Assembly (NCBI GenBank): GCA_949358305.1
Contig: OX442314.1
Location: 28,892,001 to 28,956,000, forward strand
DNA: 64,000 nt
Source: Strigamia acuminata
Lineage: Eukaryota
Reading direction: 5' to 3'
Shown one piece after another: positions 50,856 through 63,100 of the stretch (position 1 is its first letter; the number at the start of each line of letters is the position of its first letter). Both the position numbers and the translations under genes were made by a program. The notes beneath the pieces are model-generated. The model did no database searches and was not told the DNA's origin. It saw nothing but the letters and a program-made list of their open reading frames with translations.

Positions 50856-51685
50856 TTAATTCCGCTTAAGTTAAACTTTCAGTAAGCCACATCACATCTA
50901 GATCAATCTCAGCACTACCATATTAGGAGTGATAAAAATAAAACCGCCAGTACGGTTTAATTCATATTGAGATTTGAATAAAGTATGTAAATGGGTTTGC
51001 TTTTGGATAGAACGACTCCTCCACCAGCATTCTAAGCTCTGCCCACCCCCCAAACTATTCTATTCACTCAAAGAAACAATCCATTATTTGTCATTGATTA
51101 GTAGGCTCATCTGGCTTCTTCAAGCATCAGAAAAGAGTCCCAAAAACTATTCAATTTATTGCAAAAGAGCACTTTATAGCACTGTCAATTAGTGTATTGT
51201 ATTGTGTATAATTCAAGGTTATTTCAAGGTTATTCAAGGTTATTTAGTTTACACGGGGGGATTTGGTTGGGGGAAAATTTTATTCCACTTAGGGGCCAAA
51301 ATTTAGTCAAAATGGGGGTGGTTTAAATCGGCCCCTATTACAATCATATATGCAAACATTTTACCATATGTTATTACTAAAAGGTGCCTTTCCTAATTGG
51401 GCAGTTTAAAGCATTTTATTCAACTAGATGAGAGGATCATTTTGAAGGATATCATGAATATTTGAATAAATTTCCGACTGTACCGGTAGTTATACATTAG
51501 AAATTTTATGCCATTTTTCTCAACATGAACTTTTCAGTTGAATATTCTCAAATTGTATCTCTTTGTCCGTATATTTCTGCTCAATACAATGTAGGAAATA
51601 AAGATATTAAAATAAACGAATTAAATGACTCATCATTAACTTAAATGAAATATTAATTTTTCTAATGCACAGGCTTATGCGCCTA

Positions 51686-52568
51686 TACTCTGTTCCGATA
51701 CAACGTTGTCCTACTTTCAGCCGTATCACTGGTGTAGTAGTGGCACAAAAAAGTAGTTTAAAACACCAGAATTGTAATCGAACTCCAGACATTGTGATCG
51801 ATTACCAACACAAAGGTGATGCTTTGACACAGAACTACTTTTCCGCATAGTCCACAGTTAGGCGTAATTTGGCTCGGAAATAGGACAACGTTTGTGGTGA
51901 CCCTGGTGGTCACCAAAGGGTTGAATTTATTTCTTCCCTATCAGAAAAGTATCTGAAAATTATTATTTTTTATGTTTCATTTTTTATATGTCTGGTTGAG
52001 GAAATCAGACAACTTGGAGAAACATGTGGGTGGTTGCCAGGGCAACCAACCCATGAGCTTTTTTCTAACAGGAAATGCTTCCTGTGAAAGGAGAAAAACC
52101 TTAGTACAAGTATGAATCTTGTATTTGTATGAAACACACCATGAAAAACTGCTCTCTGAAACCAAATCTCATTGAAGTTGTTTTGTGGTAATTCTACAGA
52201 TATTTGGACTCCTGCTTCCATTAACACACGTACTGTGAGATATCATTCTTGTGACACGAGATTTCTCGTTTTTACTGATAGAATAAGATCAACAGCGGGA
52301 TTTCTGTCTTTCTGTTGGACAACACCAACAACAGAATTTTTCTGTCTTGCTAGCCACAACTGGCTACGTGAGAAACTCGTCGCGACTGCTACGTTGCGAA
52401 TTGTTGCGTTTAAGTCAACGAATTGGATTCGTTGTGTGAGTATAATTTTGATTAAACCAGAAATTTATCCGATCTCTTTTCTTCTTGTGAATGGAATTGA
52501 GTCCGAGCTTTATCACGGAAATTTATCCGTTTTCGTCGTACGTCATCGCCGTTTCGGATCGAAATTGG
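51686..52568. mobile_element. MITE remnant cut at 51893 by a truncated LTR-like sequence
   Basis: aacgttgtccta / taggacaacgtt inverted pair; tgtggtgacc start resembles the LTR termini of A, B and D; host repeat resumes at ~52569. Confidence 0.45.
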
Positions 52569-52969
52569 GCGCTGTCAATCAAATACCACAATACAGTCTG
52601 TCAAAACGATTACGTTTAGTGTAAAGTGGTCTTGAGAAGCAACAGTTTCTATCTAACTTTAATCAGGATCGATACCGAATCGACGTCGTCCGGCTTATCT
52701 CGACTCACAATCAATTTTACAAAGAAATGATTAAATATTTATTTGAATTAGTATCAATACTTTCTATCACAGTAAACAAACTGGACAGAATATCAATATT
52801 CCACGTGTCTTTCCTGGTCATGTAAGAGTGTTTTTTCTCCTCGCTCTCTAAAACTTTCACATTCACAACTTTCCATTTTACTACCTACCTAGTTCAACGC
52901 CTACTTTCAAATTTGAGAAGCATTTACAGTACGTAGCAGTAATACGGTGATGCTAAATATAATCTAGAC

Positions 52970-55900
52970 ATGATGGGTCGAATTTGGAACTCTGATCAAA
53001 TCAGTGACGCGCAAAGAGCGACCATGTAAGTAGCAACGTAAAATTAGCGACCGATTCGAATAGCGACATAACAAAATAGCGACGTAGCATAAAAGCGACC
53101 CGCGCATATTAAGACATTTGGAATAGCGACGGTCGTTTTAGCTTCCGTTGCAGTGAAGTATTCAAGGGAGGTGTTTTTCAAAAAGAGGAGATGACGTAAT
53201 AGAACTAAGAATTGAATGTTCCAATAATTCTGCAGAACTACTCAGGATGACTTGATTTTTAGGCGTACTTAACTAAGCTTTGTGTAACCCTCTTAAGAAG
53301 TTGAGTAAGTTTGAGTTATCTGGCCAGATCACTCCTTTTTTGGATAGGAACAACACGAGTAATAGAATACACCAAATTCAATTTTTACATGGTTTTGATT
53401 TAACAAGATCTAGAAAAATGAATTCAAATTCCGTTTTCCATTTCCGTTTCCGTTTTTCGTTTTCAGTTTTCATACAGGGTGTTCTAAAAGTCTGGTTTCC
53501 TCCAAATATTTCCTGTGCAATTGCATCTAGGCCAACTTTGATGAAGCGATCATAGAGGAAGTTGGGTGAGAGCAATCCAATAATGTCATCAAATTTGACC
53601 TTGAAGGTCATTTTCAAGGTCATTCACTTTTTAACTTTTAAACCGTTTAAGATACAGCAAAATTTCCAATTACACAGTTGTAGAGCACCATCATATTAGT
53701 ACTATACATCTCATCTTAGTTATAGTACCAGTAAGTTAAATTTTTTTTGTTAAAAAAAGAAACAAATTAGCAAATTAAAATTTTCAATCAAAATGTTGTA
53801 GAGCACCATCAAATTAGTCTAAATAATCCAACAATTGGCTGTTCAACAAAGTTTATAAATGATGAAAATCATTGAGAAATTAATCTTCAGCTTGACTGAT
53901 GCTCATTACACAGTCGTGCAGAACTCTGTCTAGCGGCCAAAGGACAACACATTGAACTACTACCATACTTAAGTGATACCTAGAAACCAACTACCAGCCC
54001 ATCCACCGACACTCTCCCACCGAATCATTAACCCGGTGATCCATAATATGCGTGATATTCACGATATTCGCTACATGTAAGAATAATTCTTACACGCGAT
54101 GTCGCGCATTCAGTATGAATAGCGCTGCTGCCATGTGTTACTGCAATATCGCGCGTTATGAAAAATTTAACTTAGATAACTAAGATAAGTTTGATAGTAC
54201 TAATTTGATGGTGCTTTACAACTTTGTAATTGGAAATTTTGCTGTATCTTAAACGGTTTAAAAGTTAGAAAGTGAATGACCTTGTAAATGACCTTCAAGA
54301 TCAAATCTGATGATATCATTGGATTGCTCTCACCCAACTTCCTATACGATCGCTTCATTAAAGTTGGCCTTGATGCAATTGCTCAGGAAATATTTGGAGG
54401 GAACCAGACTTTTAGAACACCCTGTATATTACAATCAAACCATTTTTAGAATTCAATAAAAATAAAATAAAATAATACGGAGTATAACTTTACACCTAAT
54501 GGGCACAAAAAGAAAAAAATTAATTGCAGGTCTGTCATAAACTTATTAGCCACTGCTGAAAGTGTTTGTCTATGTGCTGTAATTACAGTAAAATAGTTTC
54601 ATCAATGAAAACTATTTATTTGCAGATGCAACGTGAGACGACAAGTCAGACCCAAAAAAGTCAGGTATGGAAAAAAACCTGTTAAAAAACTTGAAACTGA
54701 TTTTTTGGGATTGAACAAATTGTGTGATCAATCACACGGCGTATTTTTCAAATTGGTTTGGTTCCTTCTTGTCGTGGCTTGCTTCACTGCTTGTTTGTTC
54801 CAAATTTACACCCGTGTGAGCGTTTTTCTTGATGGGGCAATCACGCAGGAAGTTGAATTCAGACCACAAACATCATTTTTATTTCCTTCGATCAATATAT
54901 GCAATTTGCATATATATTGTCTAATGAGTTATATACGAAATCAACCAAACACAATAAACAATAAGACACGTAACTTAATCACCAGCGATGTCGACGAATT
55001 ATGGACTACATTGGGCAGAATAAATCCCGAACACTTATGCGCAGTACGTAAGCAAATATAAAGTTCATTTTAAATTCAGATTAGTGTTGGCATTGCAATC
55101 GTTACCACTGGACACGCTGAAATCAGTAACAGTTACGGTCACTTTTCTCCACATCCCCTTACCTATTGAACAAAAAAATGTTTTTCCTGGCCAGATGCAA
55201 AGTTTTCCACTGAAGAGCTTTGCAGGGCAGTATATTGTATATCAAAAACAAGCTCATTGTTCTGAATTTTTAATGTAATTGATAAAGAAATGCACAATTA
55301 GTTTAAGCTAAATTATATTTTTTAATAGAGAACATCAAAAATGAAAAGCCGCTGTGGAAAAGAACTTTTTGAGAAAATAACTGCAAACTCCGTTAATACA
55401 GCAATTGGAAATTGTGTGATGCTTAATATGCGTAATACGTAGAATATATCAGATTATTGAGAACGTTATTGTACAAAAGTTTCTATGGGCTAGTATATTT
55501 TATGTGTATTGTCATGAATAACCACCACACTTCAATGGAAATGCTACCAAATCGAAATCGTCCCAATTTTACTGTTTTCATCCTATCTCTGGGCAACGAT
55601 CAGTTTCCTGTCGAAACCTGTTTGCAATAACGTTTACACAGTATGTTAGAAATTCTATTGAACAGCAATTATACAATTACAGATGAAAAAATGGTGTACA
55701 AAGGTCCATTCACCTTTTTCCAGTTGGGCTGGAACACCGTTGAGGCTCCCTATGATGTACCAATTCTATTGGTAAAGTTATACATATGAAAAAAACAAGA
55801 AACGGAAAATGTGTATATAATGGGACAGTTTCTTCCAGTTTTCTCTCCACAGTGATACTTTCCAACATGTGTACGACGGCCTTGTAGTATCTGAATCAGC

Positions 55901-56575
55901 CAAAGTCAATTTTCAAACGGAATACCGCATATTTGAAAAAGAGGTGCAGTAACAAAATTATAAAAAGAAATGAATGCTTTCCAATATCAATCCAAATTTT
56001 AGTTCAAGAATTTGAATTTACCTCGCAATCCCTGTGCACCGGCGGAAGAAGTTACAACCTGCATGACTAATTGCTTAGACGGATTATTAGGAAAGAAGTT
56101 AACTTGTAGGTAAGATTCCAGTGCATGTACGTTAGAACTGTTTCATCCGGATGAATATACAATCTCTTTCACGTTTTTTGCTAGATTACCATTTTTCAAT
56201 TCCACGCTACCACGTTGCACCAGTTTTGATAAAATTTTTTATGGATTTTGGGGTGGTTGGAATGCAGCAACCAACATGGTCGAAAATGTTGAACCTTGTC
56301 AGTGTAAACGTAAATGTAACGAGATCAAATACACATTGAATAAGGAAACGGAGACAGAAAATAATAACACAAACAGAACAGCGTTGAATTTCCTTTTTTC
56401 AGCTGAAACACACGAAACGATTACAGAGCGACAAATGTTCTCGTTTTCAGCTTTGTTCAGTGAAATTGGTGGAACGCTCGGTTTATACCTTGGCATAAGC
56501 ATTGTCACAATTGCTGATCTCATTAGCTTTCTTGCCCGGCTTTCAATTTCCAAGTTTAAACGCTTTTTTAAATGA
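52970..56575 (+). CDS. DEG/ENaC subunit, copy 3, 422 aa; exons 52970-53025, 54626-55043, 55329-55431, 55683-55771, 55839-55943, 56003-56109, 56185-56575
   Basis: Same motifs and exon structure as copies 1 and 2; open frame after splicing. Confidence 0.9.
53475..54424. mobile_element. Internally deleted Tc1/mariner-superfamily element in intron 1 of ENaC copy 3
   Basis: ~230-bp TIRs starting CAGGGTGTTC, TA TSD; remnant RAELCLAAKGQHIE near 53915-53960 resembles a transposase C-terminus. Confidence 0.85.
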
Positions 56576-58177
56576 TTAATTCAGCTTAAGTTAAACTTTC
56601 AGTAAGCCACATCACATCTAGATCAATCTCAGCACTACCATATTAGGAGTGATAAAAATAAAACCGCCAGTACGGTTCAATTCATATTGAGATTTGAATA
56701 AAGTATGTAAATGGGTTTGCTTTTGGATAGAACGACTCCTCCACCAGCACTCTAAGCTCTGCCCACCCCCCAAACTATTCTATTCAATCAAAGAAACAAT
56801 CCATTATTTGTCATTGATCAGTGGGCTCATCTGTTTGAAAGGTCGCAGGTCGAATTCGTACTTTGTATATTTTAAATCTGGTTGTACTTGCTATTTTTTC
56901 TGGTTTGGCTGCTGCTCAAAAAAGGACATGTTTTAAGGTTGAAAACAAGTTTATTGTGTGTAAAATATTTGGGGTCTACAGAACTGAAATCAGGCTAAAT
57001 GAGGTCAACACTACACATCTGGACACACGTCACACTCTCATAAAAGTGTCACTCGCTCATAAACGTGCCCCCTCAATGTTGAAAACTCTCCTCTTGCAAA
57101 CCCACCCTACTCTAACTAAAACTCCAGTTTTTACAATCTGGCTTCCTCACGCATCAGAAAAGAGTTCCATAAAACTATTCAATTCATTGCAAAACAGCAC
57201 TTTATAGCACCCCTATACTGTCAATTAATGTATTGTATTGTGTATAATTCAAGGTAGTACAATCTTACATGCAAACGTTTTCTAAAATTGTAATTCTCAC
57301 ATGTCATTTTTCCATATGTTATCACTAAGGGGTGTCTTTCCTAATTGGGCAGTTTAAAGCATTTTATTCAACTAGATGAGAGGATCATTTTGAAGGATAT
57401 CATGAATATTTGAATACATTTCCTACTGTACCGGTAGTTATACATTAGAAATTTTATGCCATTTTTCTCAACTTGAACTTTTCAGTTGAATATTCTCAAA
57501 TTGTATCTCTTTGTCCGTATATTACTGCTCAATACAATGTAGGAAATAAAGATAATAAAATAAATGAATTAAATGACTCATCATTAACTTAAATGAAATA
57601 TTAATTTTTTTAACGCACAGGCTTATGCGCCTAGTCCTGAGTATCCAGATCCTGTTGACCCGGATTTTTAGAATTCCTGTTTCCATGGATCTCAATGGAG
57701 ATTAGATTAAAGATGATTATGAGATGAAGGAATCAAAGATGGGTGACCATTCATGATTGTGATGTTTAAATCTGTGTCTTTTATTCAACAGCTAGCTAGA
57801 TGGCGCTGTCAATCAAATACCACTATACAGTCTGTCAAAACGATTACGTTTAGTGTAAAGTGGTCTTGAGAAGTAACAGTTTCTATCTAACTTTAATCAG
57901 GATCGATACCAAATCGACGTCGTCCGACTAATCTCGACTCACAATCAATTTTACAAAGAAATGATTAAATATGTATTTGAATTTGTATCACAGTAAACAA
58001 ACCGGACAGAGTATCAATTGCACTTGTCTTTCCTGGTCAGGTAAGAGTGTTTTTTACTCCTCGCTCTCTAAAAGTTTCACATTCACAACTTTCCAACTTA
58101 TTACCTATCTAGTTCAACGCCCACTTTCAAATTTGAGAAGAATTTACGTTACCAGTAGCACGATGTAAATATCAGTG

Positions 58178-59962
58178 ATGATGGGTCACATTTGGAACTC
58201 TGTCCAAATCAGCAACTCACAAACCCCAACGATGTATGTATAGCAACGCGAAATTAGCTTGCCGATCGAATAATGATATAACAGAATAACCGTTAAATAA
58301 AATAACGGATGGCCCACATAAAACAGGCCTGAAAATGCATGGAGGGTTACTATGGCCGGGACGGTTTTATTTGGACAACCTGGTACATGGAGCAAAGTCT
58401 TACAACATGCGTTGCTTTATTTGTACTATTCCGTATGCTTCAAAGTTATATTTGTGACGATGTCGTACCTGCAGCTAAAATGTCACCTATCATATATCGC
58501 GCAAGATAGTTTGCCATAGCTAGAGCAAGTGAACGGTAAAGAGAGATAAAAATGACAGAGTCGGTGGGTTTCTCAAGACATTAACATTTATTACTAAGAT
58601 AGAAGTTAGACAATTACTAAGCCAACAAATGGCTAAATTACTACGAATTAAACTATACAATAATTTGGCTTCTGGAAGCCCCAAAATAATATAAGTTTGG
58701 TTCTTTCATCCGAAAATAAGGGGTCATGACTTCCTTATTTCTAGACGTGAAAAGATGTCATCTAGATCGGTCTGATCGGTCTTGGTTCCAATGGTTCTGT
58801 GGTTCTAAAAGGTGTGTAATGGCTATTAATTCATTCGAGGCGTACGGTTGGCTTTACTGCATCGCGACAATCGCATTTTGGTCATAGAAGTAGATAAGTA
58901 CTTTAGTCATCTAACAAATGACCATTTATAAGTTCGGTGGAATTAATAACTGAACTAGGTTGAGCAAAGACGTTTGAAGAACAATCCTAAACCATATGAT
59001 CCAGAACCATCAAAGTCTATCGAACCACGCACGGGTACTCAATTAAAATTAATGGTAAAATACATTATTAAAACTAGCTGTTACTGTATACATTAATAAA
59101 TTTCGTTGTATTTATGATGTGATACATTAATGACAACAATGTACAGATTAGTTTAGTACAGTATATCTGCAGTAACATGTTTAAAACACATTTTATTGCA
59201 CAATATCTTCCGTTTGCTCTCAATTTTGCATCTCATCTTTGAATTAATCATTTGTTGACACAAACTGTGAGTCAAAAACTTATTTTCCATCCCTCAAAGT
59301 ATTTGCCAGTATGCTTGCAGCTAAAATGGTTTCATTATCGAAAACTATTTATTCGCAGGTGCAACGTGAGAAGACAAGTCACACCCAGACGAGTCAGATA
59401 TGAAAAACAACCTGTTAAAAAAATTCAAACTGATTTTTTGGGATTGAACAAATTATGTGATCAATCATACACCGTGTTTTTCAAATTGGTTTGGTTCCTA
59501 CTTGTCGTGGCTTGCTTCACTGCTTGTTTGGTACAAATTTACGAGCGTGTGAGCGTTTTCTTAGATGGGGCAATTACGCAGGAAGTAGAATTTCGACCAC
59601 AAACTTCTTTTTTATTTCCTTCGGTCACTCTATGCAATTTGCATATATTTTATCTAATTATATATTTAGAAAGTCAACAAAACACTACAAACAATAAGAC
59701 ACGTAACTTAATCAACGGCGATGTCGACGAATTATGGACTACATTGGGTAGAATAAATGTCGACGACTTTTGTGCCGTAAGTGAAATTAAAGTGCATTTT
59801 CATTTAACTAAATGTTGGCATTAACATCAGTAACAGTATAAACTAATTATTTATATCCTCAGGATACAGCAAACTTGAGCGGATGTGGTAAACAACTTTA
59901 TAAGATAATGACAGCAAACCCTGTTAATACAGTAGTTGGAAATTGTATGGTGTTTAATCTGA
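58178..59962 (+). CDS. DEG/ENaC subunit, copy 4, 5' part; exons 58178-58233, 59359-59776, 59863-59962
   Basis: TM1, FPSVTLCN, GNCMVFN; intron 3 is interrupted by element D, so the remaining exons would lie outside the window. Confidence 0.85.
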
Positions 59963-60186
59963 GTAATACCAAAATTATATCAAATTCTTGTGAATGTTAT
60001 TGTGACAAAGTTTCTACAGGCTAGTTAGTATATTTCAAGTGTATTGACCGGAATAATCGCCACGTACTGTAGACTGCATCCACTCTTCAATAAGACCGAT
60101 ACAAACTTTTTTCACTCTAACTCAGGCCAACGATCCTGTAAAAACCTGTTTCCAATAACGTTTACAGAGTAGTCAGAAATACGATT

Positions 60187-63100
60187 TGTCGCGTCCTACT
60201 TGGTATAGGTTTAAATAGCGCTAACGTGTAATACTTTACCTGTGATCAATTATGTAAATACCCAAATGAATACCAAATGTATGTAAATAAACAGGTAATT
60301 TATTCACCAGGCTTTATGCCTTTAAAATACACTCAGTAATAATTCTAGAGTCGACGTGGTCAGCGTCGAACAAAGGATTTCTCAAGATGGCGTCGTCGAT
60401 TCCGCGTGGTCGGCGGAACAAAGGCGGCGTCTCGAGTTGTCGTTAATTCGTCACGGATTCGTCTTCACGGACGCGGTGGAATGCTCTTTCGAGTCTTCTA
60501 TCCGTGCCTGTTGTCTAGGGTTTGTTTAGCGTCGCAGAGGCCTCGTCTAGGAACTTTGGGGTTCCCTACAAAGCACTCGGACACTTACTTCGGCGAATAA
60601 TCGTCTGGGCGATTATTCTGGGTGATTTCACAAGGGCTATTCTCGTGCTTTCGCAGGAATAGCTCGCAAGTGACTTCGTGAGAGTTACAGTTTGCACTTT
60701 ACTCAGCGATCCTCGATCAATCCTAACTTGTAGTTGAAGTTGGCCTGACGGTGAGGTAGTTGCTGTGTTCTTGGTGTCGTTTGTGTAAGTTCTGTCTTTA
60801 GGCGGGAAACACAGCCTTTTATGCAGTGGGGTGAAGGGCCGGCGATCAACCAATGGGGGCTGACCACCAGCCGCTTCCTCCCCCTCGGGGCACACACCTG
60901 CCATGGGGAGGTGGAGCCAACTCGGGGGGGAACGACTCTTTAATCATAGTGACTCATAGGACAAGTATCCGCCCTGGGGGGACACTTATCCAACTGGGTC
61001 ACCACACGTCCCTCCTCCAGCTTCGATCTCGGATCGGAGCGATCTCAATTTTCTCATCGCTCTCCTCTGCGAAGAGCCGGCAGCACTCCTCTGCATGGGC
61101 GGAGGATCACGGGTGGCACTGCCGGTGGCGGCGGTGGTAAATCCGGGGGCAGAGAGGTTGTCAGATCCGCAGGATTTTGTCGCTCGTTGATGAAGTACTG
61201 CGGGTGACTGCCGGCTGGCTCGCCAACCAACCCCGTACGCTCATGGATCCAAATCCGGGTAGACGCGGGGAATCGATCGGGGACGAGTCGGATCCTTCGC
61301 GACTCGGCGCTCGATCCGGGTTTCCTGTGGGCCCGTAGGATACGGCGATGGAAGACGGCGTCCATGGTGGATCGGGCTTCTCTGTTTAGCCATTTGAGGA
61401 TTGATTCGCCGTGATCGTCGGAGTCAATGATGCGTTGTCGCGTGAACTCCGACATCTGAAGGAAGGGGTATTCCACTCCCAGCCTCAAATAAAGCTGCGC
61501 TGCTGGGGGCGGCGGAGGCGATGGTGGGAGCGGAATCTCCATTGGGCTCTCCAACGGTGGCGTAGCCGGCTCTGCAGAGAGAGCGGCCAGCCCTGCCGCT
61601 GGTGGTGAAGGAGAGGGCAGCGGAGGAGTTCGGGGTCCTCGCTTGGAACGCTTCGGAATCAATATGGGTCGATTCGCGTGTCGCTTCTCCTTCGGGAATA
61701 CCGGCTTTGGGGTCGGTATGTATGGTTGGACCGCCGCCTCTGGGGGGGCGGTCTCGATGGCCTGTGGAAGGCTCGCCGCCGTTCCCGGTATCTCCGGAAC
61801 CTCCCGAATTGTTCGCAACAAGGAAGGGTGGACTCCGGGGTTCCGGTAGCGGAATGCTAACGAACGCATCTTTGAAAACTGTAGGCCTGGGTTTTCCGTA
61901 TTTCTGGCCAGGTCGAAGCGCAGCGAGGCGGGCTCAGGAGTCCATCCGGCCCATACCTGGTACAACGCCCGAGGAAGGTGAACTCCCTCACGGTCGACGA
62001 TTGTCCAGGCCGCCATAGCTTGCCGACTGTCCAAGAAGACGCCCAGGGATAGCAGCTGGGCCAGTACGTTCGTCACAGCCAAATTCAAACTGCTCCGATG
62101 GCAGGGGTGAGCGCGGTCCGGATTGTCACTGAATTGCTGTGACAACGTCCGCATCTGTTCGATCGCCCAGTTGATGTGGTGAGTTTGGGCGGCGTCGGCC
62201 TGTCGTATGGCCAACTCGGCAATCGCGGGGTTCTCGTATTCGGCCAGATATTCTTGTAACTCGCTGAGTGAGGGATAGGCCGCTTCACGCCGGCATCTGG
62301 CGTCCATCCCCCGCTGCGCGTACCACTCGGCGTTGCGATGAGGATGGTACACTCGTGGCGTCGGGGGTGACGGTGGACGGCCCATCCCTGGTAGGTCGTC
62401 GTATCTGACCCGTTTGGGAGTTGGATCTCCCACCGGAATCATCCGGGGAGGGGTCCACGTGGTCACTGCTGGGTTTGTACCCTCGAGGAGTGGCGGCCAT
62501 CGCGATTGCACCTGTGGGGGCACAAGCGCGGTGGGCACAGCCGGTGTTGAGCCCGACGGCCGGTTGGCCGCGTATCCTCGGAAGGCGTTCTTCAATGCCA
62601 TGGCCAGATCTTGTTTCGTGACCGGTCCATCCTTGTCCGACTCTTCTTGGGATATTTGTTCTTCCGTCAATTCTCCCAAATCAATCTCTGCCTGGAGCCT
62701 GGACGGCCCAGCCGCGGATCCGAGACTTCGGGGTTCGGACCTTTTTGCGGCGGCCATCTCTCGCTCTTTCTCCAATCCTTTCGCGATCAGAGACCGCGCA
62801 CGCGTCTTCTGTCGTACTTTACGCTTCCGATTCCTCCTGGTGTTGGCTGCGACGGATCTTTGTTGGACCGTCCTCTGGGGGACGTCCGTCGGGGAATCCG
62901 GTCTCTGGTGTGTTGAGACGGTTCGTCGCGACGAGGATTGATCTGACGACTGTGTGGTAATCGCCATAAACAACGAGGATCTTTTCTTTCCTCGATCTTG
63001 GTGTGTCTCGGACCTCGCAGCCCAGTGGGCGGAAGATTCGACCGTTCGCTCAGCCCGCGCGTCGTCTGGCGAGGCAGGCTCGAGCGTTACTACTCGGCGA

